Shown: positions 12,804 to 24,683 of the stretch, piece by piece
Layout of the letters: every line of letters starts with the position of its first letter
Position numbering within the stretch: the stretch's first letter is position 1
Source: Trichosphaerium sp. ATCC 40318
Lineage: Eukaryota; Protista; Tubulinea
Assembly: GCA_038496445.1 (NCBI GenBank)
Contig: JALMLS010000578.1
Span: 1 to 64,000 of the forward strand
Direction: 5' to 3'
DNA: 64,000 nucleotides
Program-made: the position numbers and the translations under genes
Notes under the pieces: generated by a model
Told to the model about the DNA's origin: nothing
Databases searched by the model: none
The model's input: only the letters and a program-made list of their open reading frames with translations

Positions 12804-15800
12804 ATGAACGTTAGACGCTTTTTGTCAGAGTTACTCACTATCATACTTTTTGTAGTTTCTTACTTCTTCCAATCAGTACGTAAAATGCACAGATGCTTTA
12901 TATAATTGCTTAATATGCTTTTTAAACAATAATTACTCTTTGTATAACGTATTAATTCTTCGGCTCACACTTGTACTAAGGTTAAACGCCCTATAAAACG
13001 TATATTCTATCCGAAACCATCTACGAAATCAAATGATATTGTGACAACCCAAGTGAAGAGCGGGAGCAGTCTCACTCAAAAAGAGCTAGATGAGACATGG
13101 GAGAGGTTCAACGAGTTTTTTGAGAAAGAAATGGCTTCAAAGTCCGAATTCGCCAAGTATCTATCTGCAAAAAACAAAGATATCATATTAATCAAGGTAC
13201 AAGCGCGATTTTAGCGAATTTAACGCTTATCTGTCATTTAAAATGTCATTTTTTTGGTGAATTTCCGGAAAAAAAAAAAAAATTGCTAGAGCTTGTTTCT
13301 TGGAACATACGTTGCGTCTTTTCACAAACAACTTCGTATAGGATATTACAGATACTATTGTTGGATTTGTTATTCTTACGAGAATGAAAAAGGAGATAGG
13401 TGGGAAGAAACTCAATGTTGTTAAGAATGTACGCATCGATGCATCTCATCTTATTTCGCTTCTATTTCTCGCACTGTTACAGCACCGCTTTTTGCTTTGT
13501 ATATTTTTTCTCTACGTCAACACGTGCAAAGCACGTTACTGTGGAGATAACAACACGTGTTGTTATGTTAATCAATTTTTTTTTTTACAGGATTTTTTTG
13601 GTCTTAATCGAAAGTTTCGGCAACAGAGTGCCCCACTCATATCTATACTTGCATATGTTGTTCAATGCTATCTAGAAGACTTTACAACACCACTGTACGC
13701 ATGATTCAGTCGATTATTCATTTGTTTGTTTCACATTCAACGTTAAGACTAATTGTTGTTTCTTCAAAAACAGGTATTATTTTTTTATCACCTACAGCTA
13801 CAAATCATACTTGTCGTTTGGACGTGCTGTTGGTGAATATTGGCCAAGGCATAGTGTAGAAGTACCCACTTATGAAAAACTTGTACTTGATAAGTTAGGA
13901 GAAGAAGCAGCAGAGGATTGGGGAGTACGTTGATTTTTGTTTTGCAAAGCAGTTAATTAACTAGAAGCTATTGTTACCAAGTATGTCTGACCGTTTTCTA
14001 CTAGGACTATGACCCAAAGACTTGCGTTATAATTGATAGAGCGAAAGGAACACAAGGTATAATATTGAGCTACAAACTATTGTCACACTCGCAACAGCAT
14101 GTAGTTTGATATGTTGTTTTTTCTTTTCTCGTTTTGCGAGAATTTGTGATTCACTTATGTTGTAGGTCGTGCTGCGCTTACCGGATCTGCACCGCCTCAA
14201 CATGAATTATCACAGTCTATAGACTTCTATTTAGAAACAAATCCTAACTTCCGAGAGGTATGAGAGGACTATGTGCTGTGGTGCTTGTTGTCATGTTTAA
14301 TTTAGGGAAATTGTCTTAGTGTTCTTTGTAAAGTTAGCTTGAAGACGCTGTGGAGAGGTGCATTAAAATTTATAAGAAGAACACAAGCCAATGTACGTAT
14401 TCCTTTTTATTTAAAGTTGTAATGCAGTTTCATGTTGTTGCACGTGCCAACCTACAAAAAGCTTATATTCGAGATTTTTATTAATTTGTTCTCTTTCTAG
14501 GCACGACGGAAAAAACAGATTGCTGCGTATAACAAAAAGTATAACGAGCAACAAGCCCAAAACCCAAGCCCGAGATCGTCATCTGAAAGGCACGTCGCTT
14601 TTGGAAAGCGTCCAAGGCGTTGTGGTGAAAACGAAACGGTATAGATAGCAACTTTGCAACTTTGTTTTTTTTCAAGTTTTTTTTTGGTTTAAAAGATATT
14701 AATACCTACCAGTACATTCTGGGAATTATACCTATTATTTAATATTTAAAGCTATTTAGAATGATTGTGAGGAATATGTATTCGTACTTGGCCAGGATTT
14801 CAGTAACGAGCTGAAGCGTAAATTACACGGAAAATCAGAACCGATCTTGCCATCAACACTACACCCGTACTTTTTTTACAAAATTGCTGAAATGAGTAAC
14901 TACTCTTTGTATAAGTAACAATTATAGGTACTTTAATAGATTTGTTGCAAAATGGAGGAGAACAGAACCTAAAAAAATAGAATCAACGTTTAATGAAAAT
15001 TATGAACAATTTCGATTCAATGATGGTGATGTTGTAGTTCACTTTGCTCGTGTTGCTGCACATGATCCTAGAGAAACACCTATATTATTAATACACAAGT
15101 ACGCAAACATAATACCAAATACCTTATCATAGTTAACAAGTGTGGTTGTGTGTTAACATTCAACGAATTCTTCTCAATATTTCTTTTGTTGACTTTTTAT
15201 TCATAGTTGGCCTTCTTTGTTCTGCGAGTTTAAAAAGTTAGCTCCACTCCTTTCTGAAGCAAAAACTGGAAAGAAATTCAATGTTATATTAGCATCAATT
15301 CCAGGTAACGTGATAGACTTGTTTTTTAGTTGGCGGTGCTGCATTTTCGTCAAGTTCTTTTTTTCTTTCCATTTGAAAATGGTTTTGTTTTTTTTTGAAA
15401 CTCTGTGAAAGGTTTCTCTTGTCCTGTTTCTGAAGGATTTTGCATTATTTTACTACTTTTCATAACTGCAAGTATTAATCATGTATGCTTTATAGGGTTT
15501 CCTTATGGTACACCGCGAGATAGACATTTTGATATTGTTGATGTTGCATCTTCATTTGGAAGACTGATGATAAAGTTAAATTACACAAGGTACACAAGCA
15601 CTTTACGACCACTATCCCTATTATATGCTCACCTATATTTTAAAGATACTGTATACATGGTAGCGGTGAGTTTGGTAGCATAATAGCTTCTTGGATGGCT
15701 TCAAAGTGCGTTTTATTTTAATCTCTTCATTTTTTGCCATAAGAACGACAGTAGCTCTTATAATTATAAATTAATGCTTTACAATCGTTTTGTTCTCTCT

Positions 15801-16675
15801 ATTATTACGCCTTTTCAATACACAATAATACAGGCTAATAATCGTTCGGTGGGGAGAAAGGCATTCTTTTTTTTCTTTTTTTTTGTTATTACGTTTTAGC
15901 TTTTTCTTATTTCTTTTGCTCACTTTCAAGATTACTCTGACATTTGTAGGTATCCTGATAATATTATTGGTATTCATATAACCAACCCTATACCTAAGAT
16001 GCCACGATCTTTTGGAGAACACGTACATGACTATAAAGTCAACAAAACAGTACTAACATATTTTCTTTAGTTTTCAAATTTTTACTGCTGGTCACTTCGA
16101 AGATTGATTTGCACTTCCGAAGAGTGTTCATCACTTGATGCGTTTGAGAGGTCAGGAGGTGCTCAACAATCTTCTTATTTGAATGGAACTATGAGTATTC
16201 TTGAAGATCAGGGTATAACAATGGCATTAAGCGACTCTCCTGTGGAATTAGCTGCTTGGCTTGTTGAGAAATACCAGTTGCGTTCTTACTTTTTTCGTAT
16301 TTTTACTCATTCCCTTTTACCTAAAGGTTGTGGACAGACTGTCAAGGTGACTTGAGTAATATCCCTGAATGGTCTGATGAGTACTTGATGCTTCTTTCTA
16401 CTCTTTTCTTTAAGTCAAAGTCAATTTCTTCTTGTATCAGACTTATTATTGCCTCTGCAAAGACACAGACTTTGTGTAGTCCTCAATCTGGTATTGAAGT
16501 ACCAGTAGCTGTACAGATATTTCCACATTTGCCACACTTTCCAAGGTGTATGTGTGAAGGGACGTATAATATATTCAGATGGAGAGTTATGAAAGGAGGT
16601 GGTGCATTTCCTGCTTTGGAAAGACCAAAGGAACTCGCAATGGATATTCAAGAATTTTTCAGGAAACTAAAATAA
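12804..16675 (+). CDS. Fusion protein: N-terminal hydrophobic anchor, uncharacterised (possibly GNAT-like) domain, and degenerate microsomal-type epoxide hydrolase domain
   Basis: About 16 exons splice in frame. N-half motifs YYFFITYSYKSY...EYWPR...DYDPKT...FYLETNPNFREGNCL; C-half motifs PILLIHNWPS, ASIPGFPY, LSDSPVELAAWLVEKY, GGAFPALERP. The halves are joined by intron 14639-14759. Confidence 0.7.
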
Positions 16676-16811
16676 TAAAAGCCAAATCAATGTGATATTG
16701 TGCGTTACAACCAAACTACCCAAATAACTTTGAAATCATGATAGTTTTCACTAGTTTCGCTAGTTTCTGCGACAGCCGCTTGTGTCAGGTCGTTTCTTCA
16801 GTCAAAACTCT

Positions 16812-16894
16812 TGAGAGCGCTGTAGCAAAAGGAAACTTATCATATTTTGCTTAATTTATCTATTTTGATAAATTATTTGTAAAGGCTACTTTGG
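16812..16894 (+). repeat. 83-bp direct repeat, left (target-duplication-like)
   Basis: Matches 19003-19085 with 2 mismatches; the pair brackets the duplicated segment. Confidence 0.9.
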
Positions 16895-17039
16895 ATCTAT
16901 AAGCTTAACCTGTTAATTGAGATTAACTAATAACATGTTAAACATTGCAAAACTGCAGAAAACCTAACTAATAGTTCACTTGCGTAGCCTGTTTGCATTC
17001 TTCTGGATGGTTACTATGGTAAAATACAAGTAAAAATAC

Positions 17040-17140
17040 TTGTACCAATTTACGTTATAGACAACAACTACAGATGAGGGTATAAAAAGTTGAAGGGTGT
17101 TCATCCGATTAATCTTGCTCATTACAGTCACCTTGTTGAT
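17040..17140 (+). pseudogene. Degenerate LRR remnant (also at about 8250-8340 on -)
   Basis: TTDEGIK / LKGVHPINL across a frameshift resembles the TDEGIKALAGVHTINL family repeat. Confidence 0.5.
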
Positions 17141-17361
17141 GGTAACATTGTACTGCTCCATTGAGAATGATTAATATTGGCACGTGAGTACCATAAGCAA
17201 ATGCAGTTCAACCCTAGCTTTGTGCTGTATGAAAATACGGTCCAGTGGGGTGACGCAGATTCGTGCACAGGACTTTGCTATTACCTCAAAAAAGTGCTGA
17301 AACTTATGAAATATTAATGAAAATCGTTAAACCTGCCCTACACGTGACCTATTTGTTGTAA

Positions 17362-17892
17362 ATGAAGTGCCGAAGAACGAATACAGAGGGATTAACACAT
17401 AATTGCCTTCTAATACACCTTCCTGTTGAGCTTCAGCTCGATATTATTGATTTAGACGTTACAGTATACAATAAGTACCCACTTCTTTCAAAACATGCAG
17501 CAATGGCAACAAGGTATGATACTGACCTACAAAAGCATGGAAAATGGCAACAGAGGAAAGGTAACAAGCTAATTTGTCAAATTCATTGGAAACACGGCAA
17601 ACAGGATGGAGAGTACAAGTACTGGTATAAGAATGGCCAACTACGTGAGCAGTACTGCTATTTTAATGACAAACGAGAAGGAGAGTTCAAGTATTGGTAC
17701 AGAAATGGACAATTAAAGGAGCAGTATTATATTATAAATGGTCAACGAGAAGGAGAATTTAAGTTTTGGTATAACAATGGTCAATTAAAGAAAAAGTGTT
17801 ATTTTATCAATGGTCAACGAGAAGGAGAGTACAAGGAGTGGTACAAAGGTGGCCAATTAAAGATGGTACAAAGTTATGTCAATGGCAAATGA
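17362..17892 (+). CDS. F-box-like + MORN-variant repeat protein
   Basis: LIHLPVELQLDIIDLD...YPLLSK...RYD...KHGKW followed by four 23-aa repeats. Confidence 0.9.
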   Translation: MKCRRTNTEGLTHNCLLIHLPVELQLDIIDLDVTVYNKYPLLSKHAAMATRYDTDLQKHGKWQQRKGNKLICQIHWKHGKQDGEYKYWYKNGQLREQYCYFNDKREGEFKYWYRNGQLKEQYYIINGQREGEFKFWYNNGQLKKKCYFINGQREGEYKEWYKGGQLKMVQSYVNGK

Positions 17893-18398
17893 TTAGGTTT
17901 TCATTGTGTATTTTTAAATAGGAAAAACAATCGTCTATGTGAGTGTTTTTGTAAGTTTCATTTGCACCATCCAGCACCTTGCTACCTCATCTGTTACACG
18001 TTTGGGAAACATACGAGAGATAATTTAATGCTATTGTTTGTGCTCCTATTATACTACATGTGCTAAATAGATAGAGCTGTATATTGTATGAAGTAAACTA
18101 AAGTTTGATTGAACTAGCCATTTTAGCACTTATTTATTTCTTTGTGCAATAGAGATAGGTAATGCAGTATTGTTTGGCACTAGTGGTCATTGATACATGT
18201 TCACATGACAGTTGCGTCACTTTTTGGAAAAGATATCCTTAAACCGTTAATGCCACATTAGCTCATTGAGTTCTTTGAATGGTTTTAAGAAGTTGTGTCA
18301 ACGTCAGCATAAAAATAACGATTTGAAACAGGTGAAAGCACAACCATCTACGCATAAGGACAAAGAATAGACAACTAAACGAAAGACAAAAGGCAATA

Positions 18399-18978
18399 AT
18401 GAATATTCAAATTAGCAGCGTTATAAGAGGTTTAATTGCAGGGATAATATTTGGATTGCTAAATGTAGCATTATGGTACTGTTGTTTTATGACTTTATGT
18501 TGTTCTTTAACACGTGTTTTTTTTTTAGGCTTATTGTTGACAGTGATCTTCCAACCAATAGATTTTCTTTGTACCACATGATTTTATTGTTTGCTTATGA
18601 ACAAGGGATCGTTTTCTACTTTATTGGGTTTAACTTGGGAAACGTAAGTTTGTGTTGTTTGTTTTGCTTTCTAGAGAAAAAGCATCCTACATGTTTTTTT
18701 TACTAAGTTATTTAGAGCGTGCGCAGTGATCTTACATATCTTTATTTTGGAATACCAATGGGACTATTGGCTATTATGGTACCTTTCTTCTCAATGTCAG
18801 GATTGGTGTATGTTAGTATTTACATGATCTTTCTCCCTTTTGCACTTGCAATTTTTTTTGTTTTGCTGGTTTTCCTTTTCTTGTTATTCCGTTTTGGTAT
18901 TTGGCAATACCTTTTTGTTATTTCATCGAAGAACCAATATATCAAGCGCTAAGGAAAATGGGTGTAAAACTGCACTAG
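18399..18978 (+). pseudogene. Paralog of the 6457-7030 membrane gene with a +2 frameshift in a T-run (real or sequencing error)
   Basis: T8 near 18852 versus T6 in copy A. Confidence 0.65.
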
Positions 18979-19002
18979 AAAGTTATTGTGTAATAACAAA
19001 GC

Positions 19003-19085
19003 TGAGAGCGCTGTAGCAAAAGGAAACTTATCATATTTTGCTTAATTTATCTATTTTGATAAATTAGTTATAAAGGCTACTTTGG
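19003..19085 (+). repeat. 83-bp direct repeat, right
   Basis: See 16812-16894. Confidence 0.9.
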
Positions 19086-19279
19086 TTGAACCGCACAATA
19101 GCAACTCTTGACAAAATACTATTTAAAGACGCGAGCAGTTCTAGAAACTGACACAGATTTGTGATAACGTTTTATTCACTACCTCTACAACTGGATAAGC
19201 TGGTCGATGCCAGTGAAATAGCCAGCGTCAAGGAAAGTTTACAAGGCTATTTAGCGTTTGGCAACGCTGATTTATTGTA

Positions 19280-19741
19280 TTAAAAGCTAGTGTTGTTTTT
19301 TAAAATGTTTAGATGATTGTTCGGAACCCCATATCTAGTCCAATAAACGAGCATTGTTTCTCTCGAACACTGTGTACCCAAGCCTATTTGGGAAGTGTGC
19401 AAGTCAAAGTAAGAACCATCTCCTAGTCCGCCATCAACAGATTCTGCAATGTTATTAACTTCTGTTGAAGCATCTCCTGCATACTGTAGTCTATCATCGT
19501 TGACAGATAAAAACCAACCGGTCACATGGTCATAACCATAAGCGATGTTAATATTAGTTTGTTTAAGAGTAAATCTATTTTGTATGCGATTAATTAGATA
19601 ACTTAAACACACATGTCGGGTATCAGATATAGAATACTGGCTATTTGAGCGTAGCTGACAGACTTCTCTTTTATATTGGCAGATTGAGCTGCATGTAGTA
19701 GAGCTGTGGCGCCCCTTTGGGTACATGTAGTTTTCGCTCAA
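19280..19741 (-). CDS. Hypothetical protein (start uncertain, no ATG in the ORF call)
   Basis: Protein-like C-terminal 90 aa: YGYDHVTGWFLSV...GDGSYFDLHT...RYGVP. Confidence 0.45.
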   Translation of the reverse strand: MSENYMYPKGRHSSTTCSSICQYKREVCQLRSNSQYSISDTRHVCLSYLINRIQNRFTLKQTNINIAYGYDHVTGWFLSVNDDRLQYAGDASTEVNNIAESVDGGLGDGSYFDLHTSQIGLGTQCSRETMLVYWTRYGVPNNHLNILKNNTSF

Positions 19742-21169
19742 ATAATAGTTTGTGCATACATACTAGACGCCTTACTTCTCAATACATGAAAAATATCTAG
19801 TGCAAGGGATTATGGCGTTTTAAGATGTGCATTATCCGTATTTGAGCGGTTAAAATAGATAATTCAGTGAAGTGTTCCCAATACAAAGTTGAAAAAAGAA
19901 GTTCTCGATTAGTTGCACGTTTTTTTAACCAAAACTTCACCGATAAGGTTTCCACATGTGTAAATAGTTATACAACCATTTAAGAGCGTGTTGAAATGTG
20001 CATTATCCATATTTGGAGTATTAAACTGGATATTTCAGTGAATTAGATGAAATTGTCCTCGAATTTACCTTTGGTAAATAAAACGAACATACAACATGCT
20101 CACAAACACCAATGTACCATGGTGGAGTGATTGAAATCGTATTTTATCAAAATTTCTGAATACCACTTTTTATTTTTATCCACAAATGAATGGTACATAA
20201 GTATTCGGAATAATGTTTACAAACAAGGAAGGAAATACATATATGAGTAAAATGAGCAGTAGCTTACGAACGCCGTGCAGGGCTAAGTTAAGTTACATAT
20301 GCGCATCTTCACCGGCAATGGTTCACTGCATTTGCCGGTGTTGACACATAGGTGTATATTCCAACACTGAGCATTCACTAACCTTGCCAGTGTAAGGTAT
20401 CAAAGTAACACGATACATTGGCGTTCCACTGCCACAACCCGTAAGACCTGTTAACAGAGCTGGGGGAGCGCTGTTCCTAACCAAGACTTTTTTTGTTTAG
20501 TACAATATTCTGTAAATTGTACCAGTTGCAGTGTGCACCTCGTTCAAACTGTAGGACTGTAGTGGCTAGTCTGGCTTTGTTGACACCGTTTTGACTCTGT
20601 GCGCTCAAATATATAATATGTCCTTTGCCATTGTCTCACAGGATGAGTGGGTATACACCGCAATTTTTAGTATATTCTGGTGAGTGAAAATTGGCGATGT
20701 TAAAACCTTTAATTTAGTCACATTTGTTCCGTAAAACGGGTTTGTCAGTCAGTGCCACAAACCAAATAACAAAAGTTTCTACATAATAATTTGAAGCGTA
20801 TTGGTGACGTGTCGGTTCAAAAAACGTGGTTGAACAGTTTTTCGAAAACAGGAGGTTGTGAGATTATATCTTTTTGTGGATATCCTATATCGTTGAGAAA
20901 CCAACGCAATATGCGTAGAAATACGCTCAATAGTTCATACGTACCATGTTCAACGTGTTAAAGACAAAAATAATTTTAAACGGTTGTCGCTAGTGGAATT
21001 TGGTGTTGCACCGTTCCAAAGCCTTTGTGTGTATCTATCGAGCATATTTAAACACAATAAAGTATCTAGCGTTTATATTAACACGTTTTTGTGACTTTCA
21101 AACGGTGTTCAAGATAGTACTCAGTTTAACGTGAACCAATTTTAAAAATAGGTGCACAACAGCTATCAC

Positions 21170-21535
21170 TGTTGGCATGGCTATGCTGTCGTAGGTTTTA
21201 GTGTAAACGGCATTTTACTCAGCTCTATGCAAACCAATTCGAACCAAAGTCACAACTATCTGATTCATCATGGACAGGGCTACAGGTATGTTCTATCCCA
21301 CAATTTTTTTTTATTTGAGTTTTAGGTGCATAAAAGAAAACGGATTTATCGTGTTATCGTATTTGTAAAAAAGTACCATGAGCACTTATCATGTAAAAAT
21401 TCTGAATTGATCTCAATGCCCAAAATCTGTCTTGGATGCGCCAAAGCTATGTAATGACCCTGAAATAATAACTGACTAAGACCGTACCTGGTAGCCATAT
21501 CTTTTTGTGAAAATTGCATTGTACAAATACCTGAA
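21170..21535 (-). repeat. Dispersed repeat, longest copy
   Basis: Reverse complement aligns to 35300-35560 (which has an internal deletion) and to 6095-6170. Confidence 0.8.
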
Positions 21536-21689
21536 TGCACACTGCGCTTCTTCCAATCATGTACAGTCTACTACTGTAGTAGCGCTTGCGTGTAAACCAC
21601 TATAATTCTCATTATTTTCTTATTTATTAAAGCATGATTTTGGAGAAAACTTTTTGTGCACAGCACGTGATGCAGTAACCACAAAAGCT

Positions 21690-22030
21690 GATACAATGAT
21701 AAAATGGCCTCTTGATGACGAAAACAAGCAATTAATAGGCGAAAAGTTTAGTTATTTTGTACATAATCACGTGTATGAAATGCGATGAACAAATAAAGAT
21801 ATGTATGGAAACCACAGCTACAAACTGTTATTTAGTTGCAAATTACAATGACTACCTTCAAGTTGGACAATGGGCAATTGTTAAAGCAAGCTTACTATTA
21901 AAATTGTATCTGTGAACGAGGTACAGGACGTGGTATTAAAATGGAATACAACACCAGCAATTTAGTTATTTACGGTGAACTAAAAGGAGTTTGTAAGTAC
22001 ACTGGTCAATTGCAAACGGAACAATGAGAA
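21690..22030 (+). pseudogene. Decayed MORN-variant repeat gene
   Basis: Fragments KWPL, DNGQLLKQAYY*, YRTWY*NG and YGELKGVCK with stops and frameshifts. Confidence 0.6.
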
Positions 22031-22196
22031 CAGCTTGTGTAAAACTGTGTAAATATGAGTGTAGTCAGGTGTCACTTATAGAATAATCTTGCGCTGTAAC
22101 TATGTTAACGTGAGAACACAAAAAGTAGACTAGAACTTACTTAACCTCCTTTAGGCTCACTTAGAGAGCGGAAGGATTTTGCTTCACATCTTTACA

Positions 22197-24254
22197 ATGA
22201 GCACTCTTGATCTTGAATTGAACGAAAAACGTTTTATCGACTTGTTAGGGGCATGCAGCATCTCATTATTACAGTTTTGACGCTAATAACTCGTAGAAAG
22301 TCATTGGGCACACGGAAAAGCTTCAAAACAAACCACCTAAACTAGTTCCACAAGGTATATGAGCATTAGAGCCTAATTAAGTAAAATCTTTTTCGCTAAA
22401 CTTTTCGTTTAAGAAACTCTCGTTGGAGACGATGTATTGAGCGTATTGGACCCATATCTCGAAAAGAATGGCGGTGTAATCAAAGTTGAGCGCATCGAGT
22501 ACCATAAAGGACGTAATAACCTTATTATCACTTACCCAGGTACTACATACGCCCAAGGGCGTTATTTTAGTATCTCACTGACGCGTGAATCGTAGGAACT
22601 ACCGACAAGACGATTTCTTTCGTAGGCATGCACATGGACGTTGTTACTGCTACACCAAGCGAGTGGGAAGTCGGTACACGCGATCAAAAAAAAAAACCAT
22701 AAAAACTCGTTTGATTCACAGTTAAATAGATCCTTTCAAGCTTAAAATTGATGGTGATAAGCTATGGGGTCGTGGTACAACGGATTGTCTCGGTCACGTC
22801 TGTTTGGTAACGGACTTACTTGCTACTGTAAGTAATGAGCCTTTAATAGATGAAAACATCATTTATTGTTTTAAACAATCAATTTGAAGCGTTTTTTTTA
22901 TGAATTAAGACGTTTTTGTAGCTTGCTGAAAAGAAGATTGCTCTAAAACAATCTATTATCGCTGTTTATATTGCTGATGAAGAGCATGGTGAAGATCCCG
23001 AGATTGGTATTGAGCACTTGGCAAAGGATGGACACTTGAAGAGATGCTCAAAAGGACCAGGTACCGTCAAAAACTTTTTCTCTTTTTTTTTTTTTTTTCT
23101 TCTTTTTTTCTTTTTTTTTTTGCGATTGTAGAACTCCTCTGTTAACTTTCACCTCTTTTAAAGTCTTCTGGATGGACTCTGCAGATAAGCAACCTTGTGT
23201 TGGTACCGGTGCTTTCGTAGGTTGGACTCTTAAGGCAGATGGATACAAAGGTCACTCTGGTGTACCTCAAAACACTATTAACCCTATCATTCTTGCCAAT
23301 CAAGCTCTTGCAAAGATTTTGGATAGATTCCATAAAGAATTCCCAGAACACAAGGTAACGAATGAACAATTTTTTGAAACAAATACGAATAAGTTGAAGC
23401 ACCACAGGTGCATTTGACTTCCCATTTGACTTGTCAACATTTTTCTGATTTTTCTTCAGCTTGAGAAGGATTATGGCTTCAAGAATCCATCTACTATGAA
23501 ACCAACACAGATTTCTTGCCCGCCTGGATCATTAAATCAAATCCCAAGCGAATCTACCATTCGTGTACGTCCATTTTGTAAAAACAAAACGTTATCGCAT
23601 TTCGTTATTTCCAAGTCACCAAGAAATTCGCTTTTTTCTCATCCAACGCTTTTCCTTTTTTGTTAAAAATGTCACTAGGGTGATATTCGTATGACTCCAT
23701 TCTACGACTTGGATAAAGTAAAGAGCCGTGTTCTAGAATATGTGAAGGACTTGAACGATAACATTGAGGACATTGAAACTGGATGCTCTTCTTTCAAGAA
23801 CAAGGTACGATAATAATAACCAATTCAGACTCCAAAATCACGTGATTTTGTCACTATGTACTTACACGTGTTATAGCTACCTAATGGTGAAGTTGGTAAG
23901 ATCACTTTTACATTTGATGAAGAGATTAAAGGCGTATACTGTGATAAGGAAACAGTTGGCTTCAAAGCTTTGTCTCAAGCAACAGAGAAAGTTTTGGGAA
24001 AATGTGAACCATTTGCTGTTACTGGTAGCTTGCCACTTATTGCTGATTTGAAAAACCAAGGATTGGACTTGCAAATATGTGGTTATGGTGTTATGAAGGT
24101 CTATCACGCAGTTAACGAAGTACGTCAACGTTTTTTCTTTAATCTTTTTTTTTTTAAAACACAATGTAACCTCGTTTAGTATTGTACCCTCTCTGGTATG
24201 AAGGAAGGATATGACATCATAAAGCGTGTGATTGATTACTGTGAGAAACAGTAA
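22197..24254 (+). CDS. argE: Acetylornithine deacetylase-like M20 metallohydrolase
   Basis: SFVGMHMDVV, LWGRGTTDCLGH, IADEE, GHSGVPQNTINP, GSLPLI, YHAVNEYC. The first intron is GC-AG. Confidence 0.9.
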
Positions 24255-24683
24255 GCAGTATAAATAAAAAAATTAGAATCCACGTGCTGTGTTCGTTCTA
24301 TCGGGAAACCTTTTTGAAACGGTCTTGAATATGAAGAAACCTGCCATGTTTTAACATTTAACTTCTGGGAAACTCCATGTGTCAGAACTTTAACAAAAAA
24401 CCCCAAAACCTAAACGTTTACACTATCTAGAAAGGGTGGCTATAGACGGCTGAGAAAATAGTTTCAAATGCCATCAAAAAAGTACAACTTGCTAAAAATT
24501 ACAAATTCTGATTTCGACCCATTTTCTTAGCCAACTGTTTTCCAGTTAACCTCTAAGGCAACTCCTATTACTATTCATATTTAATGTAACCTTAATAAAC
24601 AGACATCTTAAAACCTAACAATGAACAGCAGTCAATTCACAAACTTTGCATCAGCCGAAATTTAATGCATAACATTTTCTAGC

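Larger units (their letters stand above)
16908..19003. repeat. Segmental duplication, copy B
   Basis: Reverse complement of 6432-8494, introns retained. Confidence 0.95.

Noticed and set aside
20310-20340. Iron-responsive element (CAGTG in a hairpin on -)
   Set aside because: The loop would be 8 nt, the upper stem does not fit IRE geometry, and no iron gene is adjacent.
24428-24555. Degenerate MITE (GGCTGAGAAAAT...ATTTTCTTAGCC)
   Set aside because: The inverted match is short and imperfect, with no second copy or clear TSD in the window.
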